Shown here one piece after another: positions 35,859 through 46,180 of a stretch of DNA of 64,000 bases. Numbering within the stretch: position 1 is the stretch's first letter; each line of letters starts with the position of its first letter. The stretch spans positions 1,072 to 65,071 of the forward strand of contig JALWNK010000005.1 of assembly GCA_026995935.1 (NCBI GenBank), given 5' to 3'. The notes under the pieces were generated by a model, which saw only the letters and a list, made by a program, of their open reading frames with translations, searched no databases and had not been told where the DNA came from. The stretch comes from Deltaproteobacteria bacterium. Its GTDB lineage: Bacteria; Desulfobacterota; Dissulfuribacteria; Dissulfuribacterales; QOAL01. The translations under genes and the position numbers were made by a program.

Positions 35859-38651
35859 TTAATTCACGGAAATATGGCTTTCATCCACAAACTGGGAAAG
35901 GTACTGCCGTACCTTTTGGTACTCATTCTTGATCTCTTCCAGTATGTTTTCAAGGCCGTTGGAGTCCCTTTTCTTTGCCTTCTGCTCCATTTTCAGGCAG
36001 AGACTGCTTAGCTTGATTGCACCCATGAAGCCACTGGTTCCCTTAAAGGTGTGGGCATTGAAACTCATGCTGTCAAAGTCGCCCTTTTCCAAGGCCAGCT
36101 CCATTGCCTGTATATATTTTGGGCTGTTGGCGAAAAACTTCTGTAGCGACTTGCTGAAGAACTTCTTACCAGAAGCCTTTTCAAGCATCCTTAGCTCCTC
36201 AATCACCGATGGTTCAACAACAACATCACTTAGGTTTTTATTTTCAAAGCCTTTATCAGGCACATCTATGGCTGTTGGTTTCGCATGGCTATTCCTGTCG
36301 CTAACCCATTTAATGAGCATCTGCCTTAACTGGTCGAGCTTGAAAGGCTTAGACAGGTAATCGTCCATGCCGGCAGCGAGACACTTTTCCCTATCCTCTG
36401 CCATTGCATAAGCGGTAAGGGCTACAACAGGTGTGTGCTGACCTAGTTTTTTCTCCCTTTTTCTGAGTATCCGGGTGGTTTCGTAACCGTCAAGCCCTGG
36501 CATCTGGCAGTCCATAAAGATTATATCAAAACTTTCATGCAGCAAGATATCAAGGGCCTCTTCACCGCTTGTTGCAATGGTGGCGGAACAGCCAAGAGAT
36601 GAAAACATCTCCTTACAAAGTTCCTGGTTCACAACATTGTCTTCAACAAGAAGAACCCTTATACCATTTACATCAAAAGAAATGGGAATATCTTTCCTCT
36701 CCTCTTCTGCTATCTCCTGATCGACACTGCCACCTGCAATGAGCTCCAGTCTAATGTATGCTTCGCTCTTTTTTACTGGCAAAAACTCATGCCCCCATTC
36801 CCTAATATCTGACGAAGTTTCCTCGTAAAGACAAATCACTTTGCCACTGGGCGTCATTAATCGTTTTAAATTCTGAGGCTTCAAATTCGGTGCGAGTTCC
36901 AAGTCAACGATAACAAAGTCATAAGGCCCCTTTGTTTCCAGTAGTTCGACTTTATTATTGACAAATGTGGTGTGTATTCCGTGTTCCCTAAAGGCAGCCA
37001 GCACTTGTTCTTTTAAAAAATCATGCCTAATGTAGGATACAGCCCTTTTGTCCGTTTGTGAGTTCATTGTATGGGCTCGCTTCGGAATATCCCGAAAATC
37101 GCAAGGAAGTTCTAATCTGAAAAGAGCACCTTTACCCGCCTCGCTTTCTACGCCTATGGATCCACCCATCCTCTCTACCAGACCCTTTACTATGGCTAGC
37201 CCTAGACCGGTGCCTTCATAATTTTTGGAGGCAGACGCATCTGCCTGTGAGAAGGCGTCAAAGATGGAAGAAAGCCTATCCTGTGAGATTCCAATTCCCC
37301 TGTCTTCCACCTCTATTACCAGGGTATTCTCTTTTATCCCCTTCTTTTTGTTGCTGCCATTTTTAACCCTGATAATAATGTCTTCTTCATCGGTAAACTT
37401 AACTGCATTTCCCACAAGATTTATCAAGATTTCCTTGATTTTGTCTGGATCGCCAACTATGCGCCTTGGTATATCAGGCTCCCAGGCTAGGTATATGTTG
37501 ATGCCCTTTTGGGAGGCCTGAATCTGAAAAAGCTCTATTATTTCCCTGCAAAGATCTAACAGGGGAAATTCCTCTTTTTTAAGCTCTATACGACCTGCCT
37601 CAAGCCTTGAAAAGTCAAGGATATCGTTAATTATATTTAGAAGAATCTCTCCTGATTTTAAAATGGACTTGATAAGCCTGCACTGTTTAGGGTTAAGATC
37701 AGTAGTTAAAAGGATTTCCGCCATACCCAAAACACCATTCATTGGGGTTCTTATCTCATGGCTCATATTTGCAAGAAACCTGCTCTTGGCCTTACTTGCC
37801 TCTTCCGCCCTATCCTTGGCCTCTTTATACTTGACCACCAGGTGCTCAAGCTCCTGATTTATCCTCGAAAGCTCTTGTGTACGATCCTTTACCTTTTGCT
37901 CTAGTTCCTCGCGACTCCTCATAAGGAGTGCGTCCCTGTGCTCAATCTTCTCGAGCATCTCATTAAAGTGTTTTATAAGAAGGCCGAGTTCATCTTCGGA
38001 CGTCTTTTCTACCCGATGGGAATAGTCCCCTGCTGAAGTAATCTCCTGGACTGATGCAATGAGACGGTTTATTGGCTTAACCAGCCGGTTACTGAAGTAG
38101 CCTGCCAACAATAGGGAAATGGCAGCTATAACAAGTGATACAAACATCACCAAAACCGCAGTTGATAAAAAGGCCTCGTAAAAGCGTGAAAGATCCTTCT
38201 GCACCCATATGTAACCAACCTTCTCGCCCTGCCAGGAAATAGGTCTGAGACAATTGTGGACGTTGCTAAAAAAGGACTCATCGAGATAGCCGCTATCAGA
38301 ATCAGAACCTGCTCTTAGCCTTAGATTAGAAAGATTCTTGATATTTTCTTTATTATTTAAACATACAAATCTCTTTCCATTTTTAAAAAAGAGACACGCC
38401 TGGATTATATCTCTCATTGATTTTAGGGCTGCTAGGGTATCTAAGGCAGCAACATCGTCCTTGAAACTTATTGCTGAGGCACAATTTGATCCAATGACCT
38501 GGGTCAGAACAGAGGTCTGGATTCTGTGCTGAATCTGACTATCCCAAAAATAATAGGCGAGAAAAAGGGCAGCACAGGTAAAAAGAACAGAAACTGCCAC
38601 TAAGCCCATAAAAAAGGCGATTTTGCGTTCAATGGTGGTAAAAATTTTCAT
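35859..38651 (-). CDS. Hybrid sensor histidine kinase: 2-TM periplasmic (CHASE8-like) sensor, HAMP, HisKA, HATPase, degenerate receiver-like region, REC and HPt
   Basis: 930 aa with an H-box [10 protein letters not shown] and an N/G-box ATPase. The REC domain reads VLLVEDN...[13 protein letters not shown]...KP, and the HPt domain carries HTFKGTSG. The periplasmic segment (about residues 34-160) has [18 protein letters not shown]...[11 protein letters not shown]. Confidence 0.85.
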   Translation of the reverse strand: MKIFTTIERKIAFFMGLVAVSVLFTCAALFLAYYFWDSQIQHRIQTSVLTQVIGSNCASAISFKDDVAALDTLAALKSMRDIIQACLFFKNGKRFVCLNNKENIKNLSNLRLRAGSDSDSGYLDESFFSNVHNCLRPISWQGEKVGYIWVQKDLSRFYEAFLSTAVLVMFVSLVIAAISLLLAGYFSNRLVKPINRLIASVQEITSAGDYSHRVEKTSEDELGLLIKHFNEMLEKIEHRDALLMRSREELEQKVKDRTQELSRINQELEHLVVKYKEAKDRAEEASKAKSRFLANMSHEIRTPMNGVLGMAEILLTTDLNPKQCRLIKSILKSGEILLNIINDILDFSRLEAGRIELKKEEFPLLDLCREIIELFQIQASQKGINIYLAWEPDIPRRIVGDPDKIKEILINLVGNAVKFTDEEDIIIRVKNGSNKKKGIKENTLVIEVEDRGIGISQDRLSSIFDAFSQADASASKNYEGTGLGLAIVKGLVERMGGSIGVESEAGKGALFRLELPCDFRDIPKRAHTMNSQTDKRAVSYIRHDFLKEQVLAAFREHGIHTTFVNNKVELLETKGPYDFVIVDLELAPNLKPQNLKRLMTPSGKVICLYEETSSDIREWGHEFLPVKKSEAYIRLELIAGGSVDQEIAEEERKDIPISFDVNGIRVLLVEDNVVNQELCKEMFSSLGCSATIATSGEEALDILLHESFDIIFMDCQMPGLDGYETTRILRKREKKLGQHTPVVALTAYAMAEDREKCLAAGMDDYLSKPFKLDQLRQMLIKWVSDRNSHAKPTAIDVPDKGFENKNLSDVVVEPSVIEELRMLEKASGKKFFSKSLQKFFANSPKYIQAMELALEKGDFDSMSFNAHTFKGTSGFMGAIKLSSLCLKMEQKAKKRDSNGLENILEEIKNEYQKVRQYLSQFVDESHISVN

Positions 38652-39244
38652 TTAATAAGGCTGCCTGCAAGTTTCAGAAGCCTACTGCTCAAATTCAGCT
38701 CACTTTTAGTGGCTATTCTAAGGTTTATATTGAAACGAAGCCTTGAATCTGCCATATAAAGCCCTATAATAATGCCTTTTTGGATCGCGTCATTTTCATC
38801 AGATATAGTTAGGATATGATATTTTATCGCCTTTTTTATAATATCTCCATCGGCAATATATCCTTTTCCTAAATACAAAAGATCAACATCCTCAAGCTTG
38901 GATGCATCATCTACCGGGATCACAACAATGGTCCTTCCCTGGCTTGTCCTACCATCAAGACGTGAAAGCGCATCAACCATTTCATCATCTGCTGCAACGG
39001 CTACAACAAGCCTTTTATCATGCCCTTTAGACTCAGGCCATTTTACATATTTTGTAAATTGAAAAACAAAGGCTGTCTTGAGTTCGGACTCGCTACTGAC
39101 AACCGGCTCTCTAGCTAGGACTCTGGAAGTAACAAGAAAGGAAAAAAGCAAAACTCCGCCCCATAAGCCGCAGTTTAAAACCCGGCTCCATGATGGCACC
39201 GTTTGTGCCCATTTGTATGGATTTAAAATTTTTAGAAGTGCCAT
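38648..39244 (-). CDS. YfiR-family (DUF4154) periplasmic protein
   Basis: 198 aa with a signal/anchor segment followed by [16 protein letters not shown], the DUF4154 signature. It overlaps both neighbours (4 nt and 13 nt). Confidence 0.7.
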   Translation of the reverse strand: MALLKILNPYKWAQTVPSWSRVLNCGLWGGVLLFSFLVTSRVLAREPVVSSESELKTAFVFQFTKYVKWPESKGHDKRLVVAVAADDEMVDALSRLDGRTSQGRTIVVIPVDDASKLEDVDLLYLGKGYIADGDIIKKAIKYHILTISDENDAIQKGIIIGLYMADSRLRFNINLRIATKSELNLSSRLLKLAGSLIK

Positions 39245-41277
39245 GTGACCTTTGCACTCACTGAACGAGGCACTTCTGTATTAATAAGGTTGAGAAACTT
39301 ATCCCTGAATTCTGGATGGTAGGGATCCAGCAGATTTTTGGCATCAAGGGAAAGCTCAATATCTCTATTTGGTCTGTAACCCAACCTCATATCAAGCCCC
39401 GTATATGAGGGCACATCGAGGCGCGATAGATTTGCCACGTACCTAAGCTGCACATCTAATTCAAGTTTTGTCGTCAAATCCATATTAGATCTTACAGAGA
39501 CCTGGTGGTGTGGGGCATCCATATACTTTGCAGACATCTCCGTACCCTGCCTGTGGGCAGAATCTATCCAAAAATGGGTATCAAGATAAGAATAGGAAAG
39601 CTCCATCCTCCACCACTCAAATGGCTTGACATTCCCTGTAAACTCTAAACCAAAACTTTCCCCTCTGCCATAATTTCCTGGATTAATTGGCATTATCATG
39701 AAACCATGATGAAGAAAAGGCTTACCAACGCTACCACTAAATAGATTTCTGTAGAAATTGGCAAAACCTGTAACGTCAATGGTCAGCGTCCTGTCTATCC
39801 TCCACCTGTAGCCGAGCTCATAGGCCCAAAGTTTTTCGCTCTCAAAATCTTCATTTCCTACATAGGATGCTATCATGGGCGTCTTGGTAGCTGGATCCGG
39901 GTGAATACCCAATACCCAAACAGCATCCCTGTTATACCTGCTAGGGCTCCTGACGGCCTTTGATACAGCAGCCCAAAGGTCCTGATTATTGCCCAAGGAA
40001 TAAAGAATTCTGAAGGTTGGCTGGACCTCAAGCCCGGAATAATTATAGTGATCAAGTCTTACACCTGTAAGGAAACGAAGCCTTTGGCTGAAAAACTTTG
40101 CTTCGTTTTGGAAAAAAAAGCTAAAAAGATCATCCTTTCTCCTTTTGGGATAAAAGGCTCCAAATACCGCTCCATGAGATATAGGAATGTGGTCTCTTGT
40201 ATGGCGATAGATACCTCCCCATAAAAAATCCAGGTAACTACCATTACAATAACGATTTTGAAACTCAAAATCTAAGGTGTCTCTGGTTTCTGAGGTAAGA
40301 CTAGAGTACTTTCGCTCCGTATGGTCATAATAAAACTTAATGGACAGATCCAATCCCCTTTTAAACTCATGCCTTATATCGCCAACGATAAACCCTCCCG
40401 AAATCGGTACGTTATTTTTAATAACAATTCTTTTTGTAAAGGCTTTGTTAAAACCAAGCATCTTGTTTGTGCCTCTTCCGGTGTATATCTCACCCTTTAA
40501 TGAGGCCTCATTCTTTTTTCCTAATTGCAAATCGGACCTGAAACCAGCCCGGTCCATAAACCAGTCATCCCAGGCGGTGGAGCCATCCTTTTGCAACTGC
40601 TGGTGCCTTTTATAGGTCTTGGCGTAAAATCTGGTAGCTCCCATATCACCTATTTTAAATCCGTAACGAGCCGAAAGAGTTCCCCTATCCAGGGTTCCTG
40701 CTGAGCCGCTCACCATCACTCCTAAGGTGTCTCCACTGTTTTTGGTAATTATATTGATAACCCCGTTTACAGCGTTCGTACCCCAGCTGCTAGCTCCAGG
40801 TCCCCTGATTACTTCTATCCGCTCTATATCTTCCAAGACTGTATCCTGGGCATCCCAAAAAACCCCGGAAAATAAAGGATCGTACAAGACTCGGCCATCC
40901 ATCAGCACAAGGAGCTTGTCTGAAAAGAGACCATTAAACCCACGAATTGAGACTGCCCAGTTTCCATTGTCTATCTTGGCCACATTTACTCCTGGAACCA
41001 TCCTAAGAATTTCCGGAATAGAATCTGCTCCTGAACGACGAATGTCTTCAGAGGTAATCACGTAAACCGCTGCTGGAATATCTTTGATACTTTGGGGTTT
41101 TTTGAATGCTGTGGTTACTTCCACATCCATCAGATCTTCAAGCCCCATGGACAAAAGACCTTCAAGTTCGCTGGCCAGGGCCAGGGAATGGCCTTCCACC
41201 GGCAATAACAACACGACCACAGTGAACAATATTCTAAACAGAAAAGACAGGGGAAGAAAGAATGTGCGTGGCTTCAT
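39232..41277 (-). CDS. TonB-dependent outer-membrane receptor
   Basis: Has a signal peptide, an LEDLMDVEVTT segment and a plug domain (RMVPGVNV...IEVIRGPGASSWGTNAVNGVINIITK). A long beta-barrel ends in a terminal ...KVTWHF. I prefer ATG 41277 over the track start at 41325. Confidence 0.85.
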   Translation of the reverse strand: MKPRTFFLPLSFLFRILFTVVVLLLPVEGHSLALASELEGLLSMGLEDLMDVEVTTAFKKPQSIKDIPAAVYVITSEDIRRSGADSIPEILRMVPGVNVAKIDNGNWAVSIRGFNGLFSDKLLVLMDGRVLYDPLFSGVFWDAQDTVLEDIERIEVIRGPGASSWGTNAVNGVINIITKNSGDTLGVMVSGSAGTLDRGTLSARYGFKIGDMGATRFYAKTYKRHQQLQKDGSTAWDDWFMDRAGFRSDLQLGKKNEASLKGEIYTGRGTNKMLGFNKAFTKRIVIKNNVPISGGFIVGDIRHEFKRGLDLSIKFYYDHTERKYSSLTSETRDTLDFEFQNRYCNGSYLDFLWGGIYRHTRDHIPISHGAVFGAFYPKRRKDDLFSFFFQNEAKFFSQRLRFLTGVRLDHYNYSGLEVQPTFRILYSLGNNQDLWAAVSKAVRSPSRYNRDAVWVLGIHPDPATKTPMIASYVGNEDFESEKLWAYELGYRWRIDRTLTIDVTGFANFYRNLFSGSVGKPFLHHGFMIMPINPGNYGRGESFGLEFTGNVKPFEWWRMELSYSYLDTHFWIDSAHRQGTEMSAKYMDAPHHQVSVRSNMDLTTKLELDVQLRYVANLSRLDVPSYTGLDMRLGYRPNRDIELSLDAKNLLDPYHPEFRDKFLNLINTEVPRSVSAKVTWHF

Positions 41278-41361
41278 CAGTAGACCCTTTCCGCGTTTTA
41301 TGTTTGACTTTTTTCTTTCTATCATAGCGTTTTTTGATCTAAAATAACAGGCGCCTAAACC

Positions 41362-41446
41362 AAGGATGAATACATTCTATCTTTTCGAACCAAATTATTT
41401 TAAAATAAAATAGACCCGATATAGTTGAAAGGATGAAAACATTCTA
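41362..41446. repeat. Two 18-nt direct repeats AAGGATGAA(T/A)ACATTCTA spaced 67 bp apart
   Basis: Copies at 41362-41379 and 41429-41446 are identical at 17 of 18 positions. Each contains a GAAnACATTC partial palindrome. They lie in the divergent region between the TonB-receptor operon and the nitroreductase gene. Confidence 0.6.
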
Positions 41447-41498
41447 CACTAGGGCTTTGAATAGTAACATGATTCAAAAACGATTTTAGAGGAGTGCC

Positions 41499-42011
41499 AT
41501 GGAAAAGAATCCTGTTCTTGAAGCCATATATTCAAGAAGGAGTATCAGGGAATATACAGATGAGCCAGTTGAGGACCAACAGGTTCTAGAGATCATTAGG
41601 GCAGGCATGTGGGCGCCGTCAGGGCTTAACAATCAGCCGTGGCGATTTGCCATTGTAAAGGAGCCAGGGCTTAAGGCCAAGTTTGAACCGCTTACAAAAT
41701 ATTCGAGGATTATAAAATCTGCGAAGGTCTTGCTACCGGTGTTTATTGACAAAGAGGCCATGTACCACCCGGTAAAGGATCACCAGGCCATTGGGGCCTG
41801 TCTTGAAAACATGCTCCTTGCAGCCCACAGCATGGGCCTTGGAGCGGTGTGGCTGGGAGAGATATTAAAGAGCGACAGGGAAATCAGAAACCTTCTTGCC
41901 CTAGGAGATCACCTGGAACTCATGGCAGTGATAGCCCTTGGGCATCCTGCAAGAAGGGATCAAAAGTCCAGGAGAAAGGACATGGACGAGCTTATAGTCT
42001 TTAGGGGTTAG
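41499..42011 (+). CDS. Nitroreductase-family protein
   Basis: 170 aa with RRSIREY and PSGLNNQPWRF motifs. Confidence 0.8.
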   Translation: MEKNPVLEAIYSRRSIREYTDEPVEDQQVLEIIRAGMWAPSGLNNQPWRFAIVKEPGLKAKFEPLTKYSRIIKSAKVLLPVFIDKEAMYHPVKDHQAIGACLENMLLAAHSMGLGAVWLGEILKSDREIRNLLALGDHLELMAVIALGHPARRDQKSRRKDMDELIVFRG

Positions 42012-42012
42012 C

Positions 42013-43254
42013 ATGAGAGTAAAATCTTCCACTCCAGACCACGTTTACAAGCCCCTTGAAGGAAGAAGGATTATCTTTGGGGTTAGCGGCGGGATAGCCG
42101 CATACAAGGCGGCAGACTATGCCAGAAACCTCACGAGGCTTGGGGCAAAGGTCAAGGTGGTTATGACGGAAAACGGGGCAAGGTTTGTCTGCCCCCTTAC
42201 CTTTTCGGCACTGACTGGCAACAGGTGCCTTGTCTCCATGTTTCAGGAAGAAGAGACCGGCTCCATCTCCCACATTGATCTTGCCAGATGGGGAGAGGTC
42301 TTTGTAATCGTTCCCGCTACCGCCAACGTCATTGCAAAAACCGCCTCTGGCATTGCAGATGACCTGCTCACCACCCTCTTTCTTGCCTTTAAGGGAAGGA
42401 AAATCCTCTTTCCTGCGATGAACCCTGTGATGTTTGAAAACCCCATGGTACAGGAAAACATCTCAAGGCTAAAGGCCCACGGTGTGTGGGTTGCCGAGCC
42501 TGATGAGGGCACCGTTGCCTGCGGAGACAGGGGTAAGGGGAGATTGCCAGGGTTTGAAAGGGTCCTTTTTCTGACAAGAAGGGCACTTGCCAGACATGAT
42601 CTAAAGGGGCTAAACATACTTGTAACATCAGGGCCAACCAGGGAGCCCATTGACCCGGTAAGATTCATCTCAAACAGGTCCTCTGGCAGGATGGGCTTTG
42701 CCCTGGCAAATATCGCATCCATAAGAGGCGCAAGGGTCCAGGTGGTTTCAGGGCCAACGTGTATCGGGCTTCCGGCTCACGTTCCAACCATTCAGGTTGA
42801 AACTGCTGAGGAGATGGCAGACCAGGTCCTTTCAGAGGCACCAGGGATGGACATGGTCGTAATGGCGGCAGCAGTTTCTGACTACAGGCCCGCATCCTTT
42901 TCTGATTCAAAGATAAAAAAATCCCAGGACAAGATGATTCTTGAACTTGAAAAGACCACGGACATCCTGTCCGAGCTTGGGAAAAGGAAGGGCCCCAACC
43001 AGATACTTGTTGGATTTTGTGCAGAAACCGAAAATGTCATTGAAAACGGCTTTAAAAAGCTTGAAAGAAAGAACCTGGATCTCATGGTTGCAAACGATGT
43101 CACAGAGCCTGGTGCCGGATTTGACTGCGAGACAAACAAGGTGTACCTCATAGACTCTGAGGAAAATGTTGAAGAACTGCCCCTTCTTCACAAGGAGGAA
43201 GTTGCAGAAAGGATATTTGACAAGGTGGTCGAGATCAGGGCCCGGATGTTCTAG
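42013..43254 (+). CDS. coaBC: Bifunctional phosphopantothenoylcysteine decarboxylase / phosphopantothenate--cysteine ligase
   Basis: 413 aa with an N-terminal flavoprotein domain (GVSGGIAAYK, PATANVIAK) and a C-terminal CoaB domain (ITSGPTREPIDPVRFISNRSSG). Confidence 0.9.
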   Translation: MRVKSSTPDHVYKPLEGRRIIFGVSGGIAAYKAADYARNLTRLGAKVKVVMTENGARFVCPLTFSALTGNRCLVSMFQEEETGSISHIDLARWGEVFVIVPATANVIAKTASGIADDLLTTLFLAFKGRKILFPAMNPVMFENPMVQENISRLKAHGVWVAEPDEGTVACGDRGKGRLPGFERVLFLTRRALARHDLKGLNILVTSGPTREPIDPVRFISNRSSGRMGFALANIASIRGARVQVVSGPTCIGLPAHVPTIQVETAEEMADQVLSEAPGMDMVVMAAAVSDYRPASFSDSKIKKSQDKMILELEKTTDILSELGKRKGPNQILVGFCAETENVIENGFKKLERKNLDLMVANDVTEPGAGFDCETNKVYLIDSEENVEELPLLHKEEVAERIFDKVVEIRARMF

Positions 43255-44407
43255 GGCTGCTTCTTATTAACTCCAGCACAAGCCCTGCAGTCCTTCTTGC
43301 AGCGCCCCTTTCCCCAAGTCTTTTGACCACCTTTTTAAAATCACTGCGCATCCTTTCAGACACCTGCCTGTTATTAAGGATATGAAGGGAAGTTTCAGCT
43401 ATTTTTTTTGGGGTCGCCTCCAGTTGAAGAAGCTCTGGGACCACCTCCCTTTTGGCAATGAGGTTTACAAGGCTTACCCAGTCCACCTTTATGAGTCTTT
43501 TGCCAAGATGATATGACAGGTTCGAGACCTTGTAGGTAACCACCATTGGTGTCCCGAGGACTGCTGCCTCAAGGGTCACCGTACCTGATGCTGCGATACA
43601 AAGTTCTGCTGCCTTAATGGCCTCGTAGGTCCTTCCTTCAACCAGGCGAGCATCCACCTTGCCCTGCTTAATTATCTTTCTTAGAGAGTCTTTTATGGAG
43701 CTGGTTGTTCCCGGACCAAGGGCCACACAGAACCTGAGTTCAGGCCTTTCTTTTTTCATTTTGTAAGATGCACCCATCATTATGGGAAGGTGACGTTCCA
43801 CCTCTCCCTTTCTGCTTCCAGGAAGCAGGCAGACAAGACGCTCCTTTTCACCAAGGCCCACATCCCTTTTAAATGCCTGGGCGTCTATTTCATCCACGTT
43901 GATGGCATCGAGAAGGGGATGGCCAACAAATACCGCATCTATGCCAAAACCCCTGAAGAAATCCTCCTCAAAGGGAAGGATCACGGCCATCTTGTTCACT
44001 ATTTGCCGTATCTTTTTCACCCTGCCCTGTCGCCAGGCCCACACCTGAGGACTTATGTAATAAAAGACTGGGATCCCAAGCTTTCTGGCGTACTTTCCCA
44101 TCATGAGGTTAAATTCTGGAAAATCTACAAGCACCACCAGGCTGGGCCTTTTTCCCCTTATCCACCTCTTTACCTTTAAAAAGGCAGAGGCAATAGGCGG
44201 GAGGTGGGAAAATACCTCAAAGAGTCCTACTACCGAAAGGCTGCTGCTTGGTACGATTACAGAGGCCCCGGCTTCCTTCATCCTCTGCCCGCCAACGCAG
44301 CTTATTTCAAGGCTTGGGTCTCTTTTTAGGAGCTCCCGTATGAGACCTGATGCATGAAGGTCCCCAGAGGCCTCACCGGAAAGAACAAGTATCCTACTTC
44401 CAGGCAT
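43235..44407 (-). CDS. lpxB: Lipid-A-disaccharide synthase
   Basis: Has an N-terminal ILVLSGEASGDLHAS and YYISPQVWAWR. ATG 44407 avoids overlapping the upstream gene; the track start is 44437. Confidence 0.88.
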   Translation of the reverse strand: MPGSRILVLSGEASGDLHASGLIRELLKRDPSLEISCVGGQRMKEAGASVIVPSSSLSVVGLFEVFSHLPPIASAFLKVKRWIRGKRPSLVVLVDFPEFNLMMGKYARKLGIPVFYYISPQVWAWRQGRVKKIRQIVNKMAVILPFEEDFFRGFGIDAVFVGHPLLDAINVDEIDAQAFKRDVGLGEKERLVCLLPGSRKGEVERHLPIMMGASYKMKKERPELRFCVALGPGTTSSIKDSLRKIIKQGKVDARLVEGRTYEAIKAAELCIAASGTVTLEAAVLGTPMVVTYKVSNLSYHLGKRLIKVDWVSLVNLIAKREVVPELLQLEATPKKIAETSLHILNNRQVSERMRSDFKKVVKRLGERGAARRTAGLVLELIRSSPRTSGP

Positions 44408-45362
44408 CTTGTATGTTTGCCCTGGATAAGGCCTCATCTATGGCCTCGTTTATCCTTAGGGCAAGGTCAAGGGCCTCCATGCCAGCGCGGGCATCCACCA
44501 TGGGCCTTTGGCCCAATCTCACGTTCTGAATGAAGTCCCTGAGCTCCCGGTCAAGGATGTCCACATCCTGGTGACGAATGAATTCAGGCCTGATGGAAAG
44601 GCGTGGGTCCGGAGCGCTTCTGTCTGCAGTGACAATCAGGTTGTTTTTTTCAGTGCAGTCTGCAGAAAGGTAACAACCAGGCTGAAAGACCCTGATCCGT
44701 CTCATGTCCTTGAGGGATATGCGGCTGGCAGTAAGGTTTGCCGTGCAGCCATTTTCAAAAATGAGCCTTACGTTTGCAATGTCTATCTTTGGGGTGAGAA
44801 CCGGCACACCGGATGCGCGTATCTCCTTTACAGGACTCTTTACCAGGGAAAGCACTATGTCAATGTCGTGGATCATAAGATCAAGCACCACATCAACGTC
44901 TGTTGCCCTGCCCTTAAAACCGCTAAGCCTGTGGGCCTCAATGAATACCGGGTGCGTGACCCTTTCCATCAAGGTGACAATGGCTGGATTGTACCTTTCA
45001 AGGTGGCCCACCTGGATGATGAGGGCCTTTTGCTCTCCAAGCTCAGCAAGCTCCCTGGCCTCATGGGTGGTGGTGGTCATGGGCTTTTCAACCATGAGAT
45101 GGACGCCCGCATTAAGCAGCTCCCTGGCAACCTGATAGTGAAGGCTCGTTGGAACCACCACAGATGCCGCATCTATTACGTCCATGACGTCATGATAATC
45201 GGTATAGGCCCTGGAGCCTGCCTCTAGGGCCACCTGCTCTGCCCGCTTTTCATTGGTATCAACCACTGCAACAAGATCAACATCCTCCATTGCAGCGTAC
45301 TTAAGGGCATGAAACCTGCCCAGATAACCTGCTCCTATAACGGCTACTTTCATCTGCCTCAA
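44394..45362 (-). CDS. Gfo/Idh/MocA-family NAD-dependent oxidoreductase
   Basis: Has an N-terminal Rossmann fold KVAVIGAGYLGRFH and the EKPM motif. It is embedded in the lpx cluster. Confidence 0.75.
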   Translation of the reverse strand: MRQMKVAVIGAGYLGRFHALKYAAMEDVDLVAVVDTNEKRAEQVALEAGSRAYTDYHDVMDVIDAASVVVPTSLHYQVARELLNAGVHLMVEKPMTTTTHEARELAELGEQKALIIQVGHLERYNPAIVTLMERVTHPVFIEAHRLSGFKGRATDVDVVLDLMIHDIDIVLSLVKSPVKEIRASGVPVLTPKIDIANVRLIFENGCTANLTASRISLKDMRRIRVFQPGCYLSADCTEKNNLIVTADRSAPDPRLSIRPEFIRHQDVDILDRELRDFIQNVRLGQRPMVDARAGMEALDLALRINEAIDEALSRANIQDAWK

Positions 45363-46180
45363 ATTCCCATAACGATAATTCCAGACCTGTCTGCCAGCCT
45401 CAGGCTCTCCTTACTGTCAAAAAAAAGGGAAAGACCCGCCTCTGCTGCAAGGACCTCTGCCCCAGCCTCAGCCATGGTCTCAATGGTCTTTAGGCCAATG
45501 GAGGGAAGGTCAAAGCGCCTGTCCTGGTTAGGCTTACACACCTTTACAACAACGGCCCCTCCCCTTGCAAGGCGCGCCCCTCTTTTTATGGTTTCATCCG
45601 TCCCCTCTATGGCCTCAACAGCAAGCACCACCTTGTCCTTTACCACAATACACTGGCCAATATCCAGTTCCCCTATCCTCTTGGCCATCTCCGTTCCAAA
45701 ACGCACATCTGCCATCTGCTCCTTGGATGGCCTTTTCCTGGTAAGTATCCCCTTGGGCAAAAGAAGCTCGTCTAGAAATAGGGTGGGAGAGATGACCTCT
45801 ATACCCTCTTTTTCAAGCTCGGAGGCAACCTGCCTCAAAATGGAGTCATCCAGATGGCCTTTCATGCTGCGCCACAGGCCAAGCGCCCTGAGATCGGGTC
45901 TGACGTCAAAAAAGAGCCTGGTCTTTTTGATGGTGCCTGCAAAGAATACGGAGCTGACCCGGTTTTTCTTGAAAAAGGATATGAGTTTTCCAAGCTGGCC
46001 AATATGGATCCATTTTACCTTGTCGCAAAATTCTTCCAGCTGCCTTGAGGTCTCTCCCTTATGACAGACGGCAAGAACCCTGTAGCCCCTCTTGGTGGCG
46101 GCCCTGGCACAAAGGATAGGGAACTGGCCACCGCCTGAAACTATGCCAACAGACTTTTCAGGGCCTGGATTCAGCTCCAT
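45359..46180 (-). CDS. lpxI: UDP-2,3-diacylglucosamine diphosphatase LpxI (DUF1009)
   Basis: 273 aa with GIVSGGGQFP at the N-terminus. It lies between lpxA and lpxB, and DUF1009-like motifs are present. Confidence 0.75.
   Translation of the reverse strand: MELNPGPEKSVGIVSGGGQFPILCARAATKRGYRVLAVCHKGETSRQLEEFCDKVKWIHIGQLGKLISFFKKNRVSSVFFAGTIKKTRLFFDVRPDLRALGLWRSMKGHLDDSILRQVASELEKEGIEVISPTLFLDELLLPKGILTRKRPSKEQMADVRFGTEMAKRIGELDIGQCIVVKDKVVLAVEAIEGTDETIKRGARLARGGAVVVKVCKPNQDRRFDLPSIGLKTIETMAEAGAEVLAAEAGLSLFFDSKESLRLADRSGIIVMGI

Noticed and set aside
44508-46064. Plus-strand ORFs of 239, 143 and 251 aa antisense to the oxidoreductase and lpxI
   Set aside because: They have low-complexity composition (Ser/Leu/Pro-rich), no SD and no motifs. 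They are typical shadow ORFs opposite real genes.
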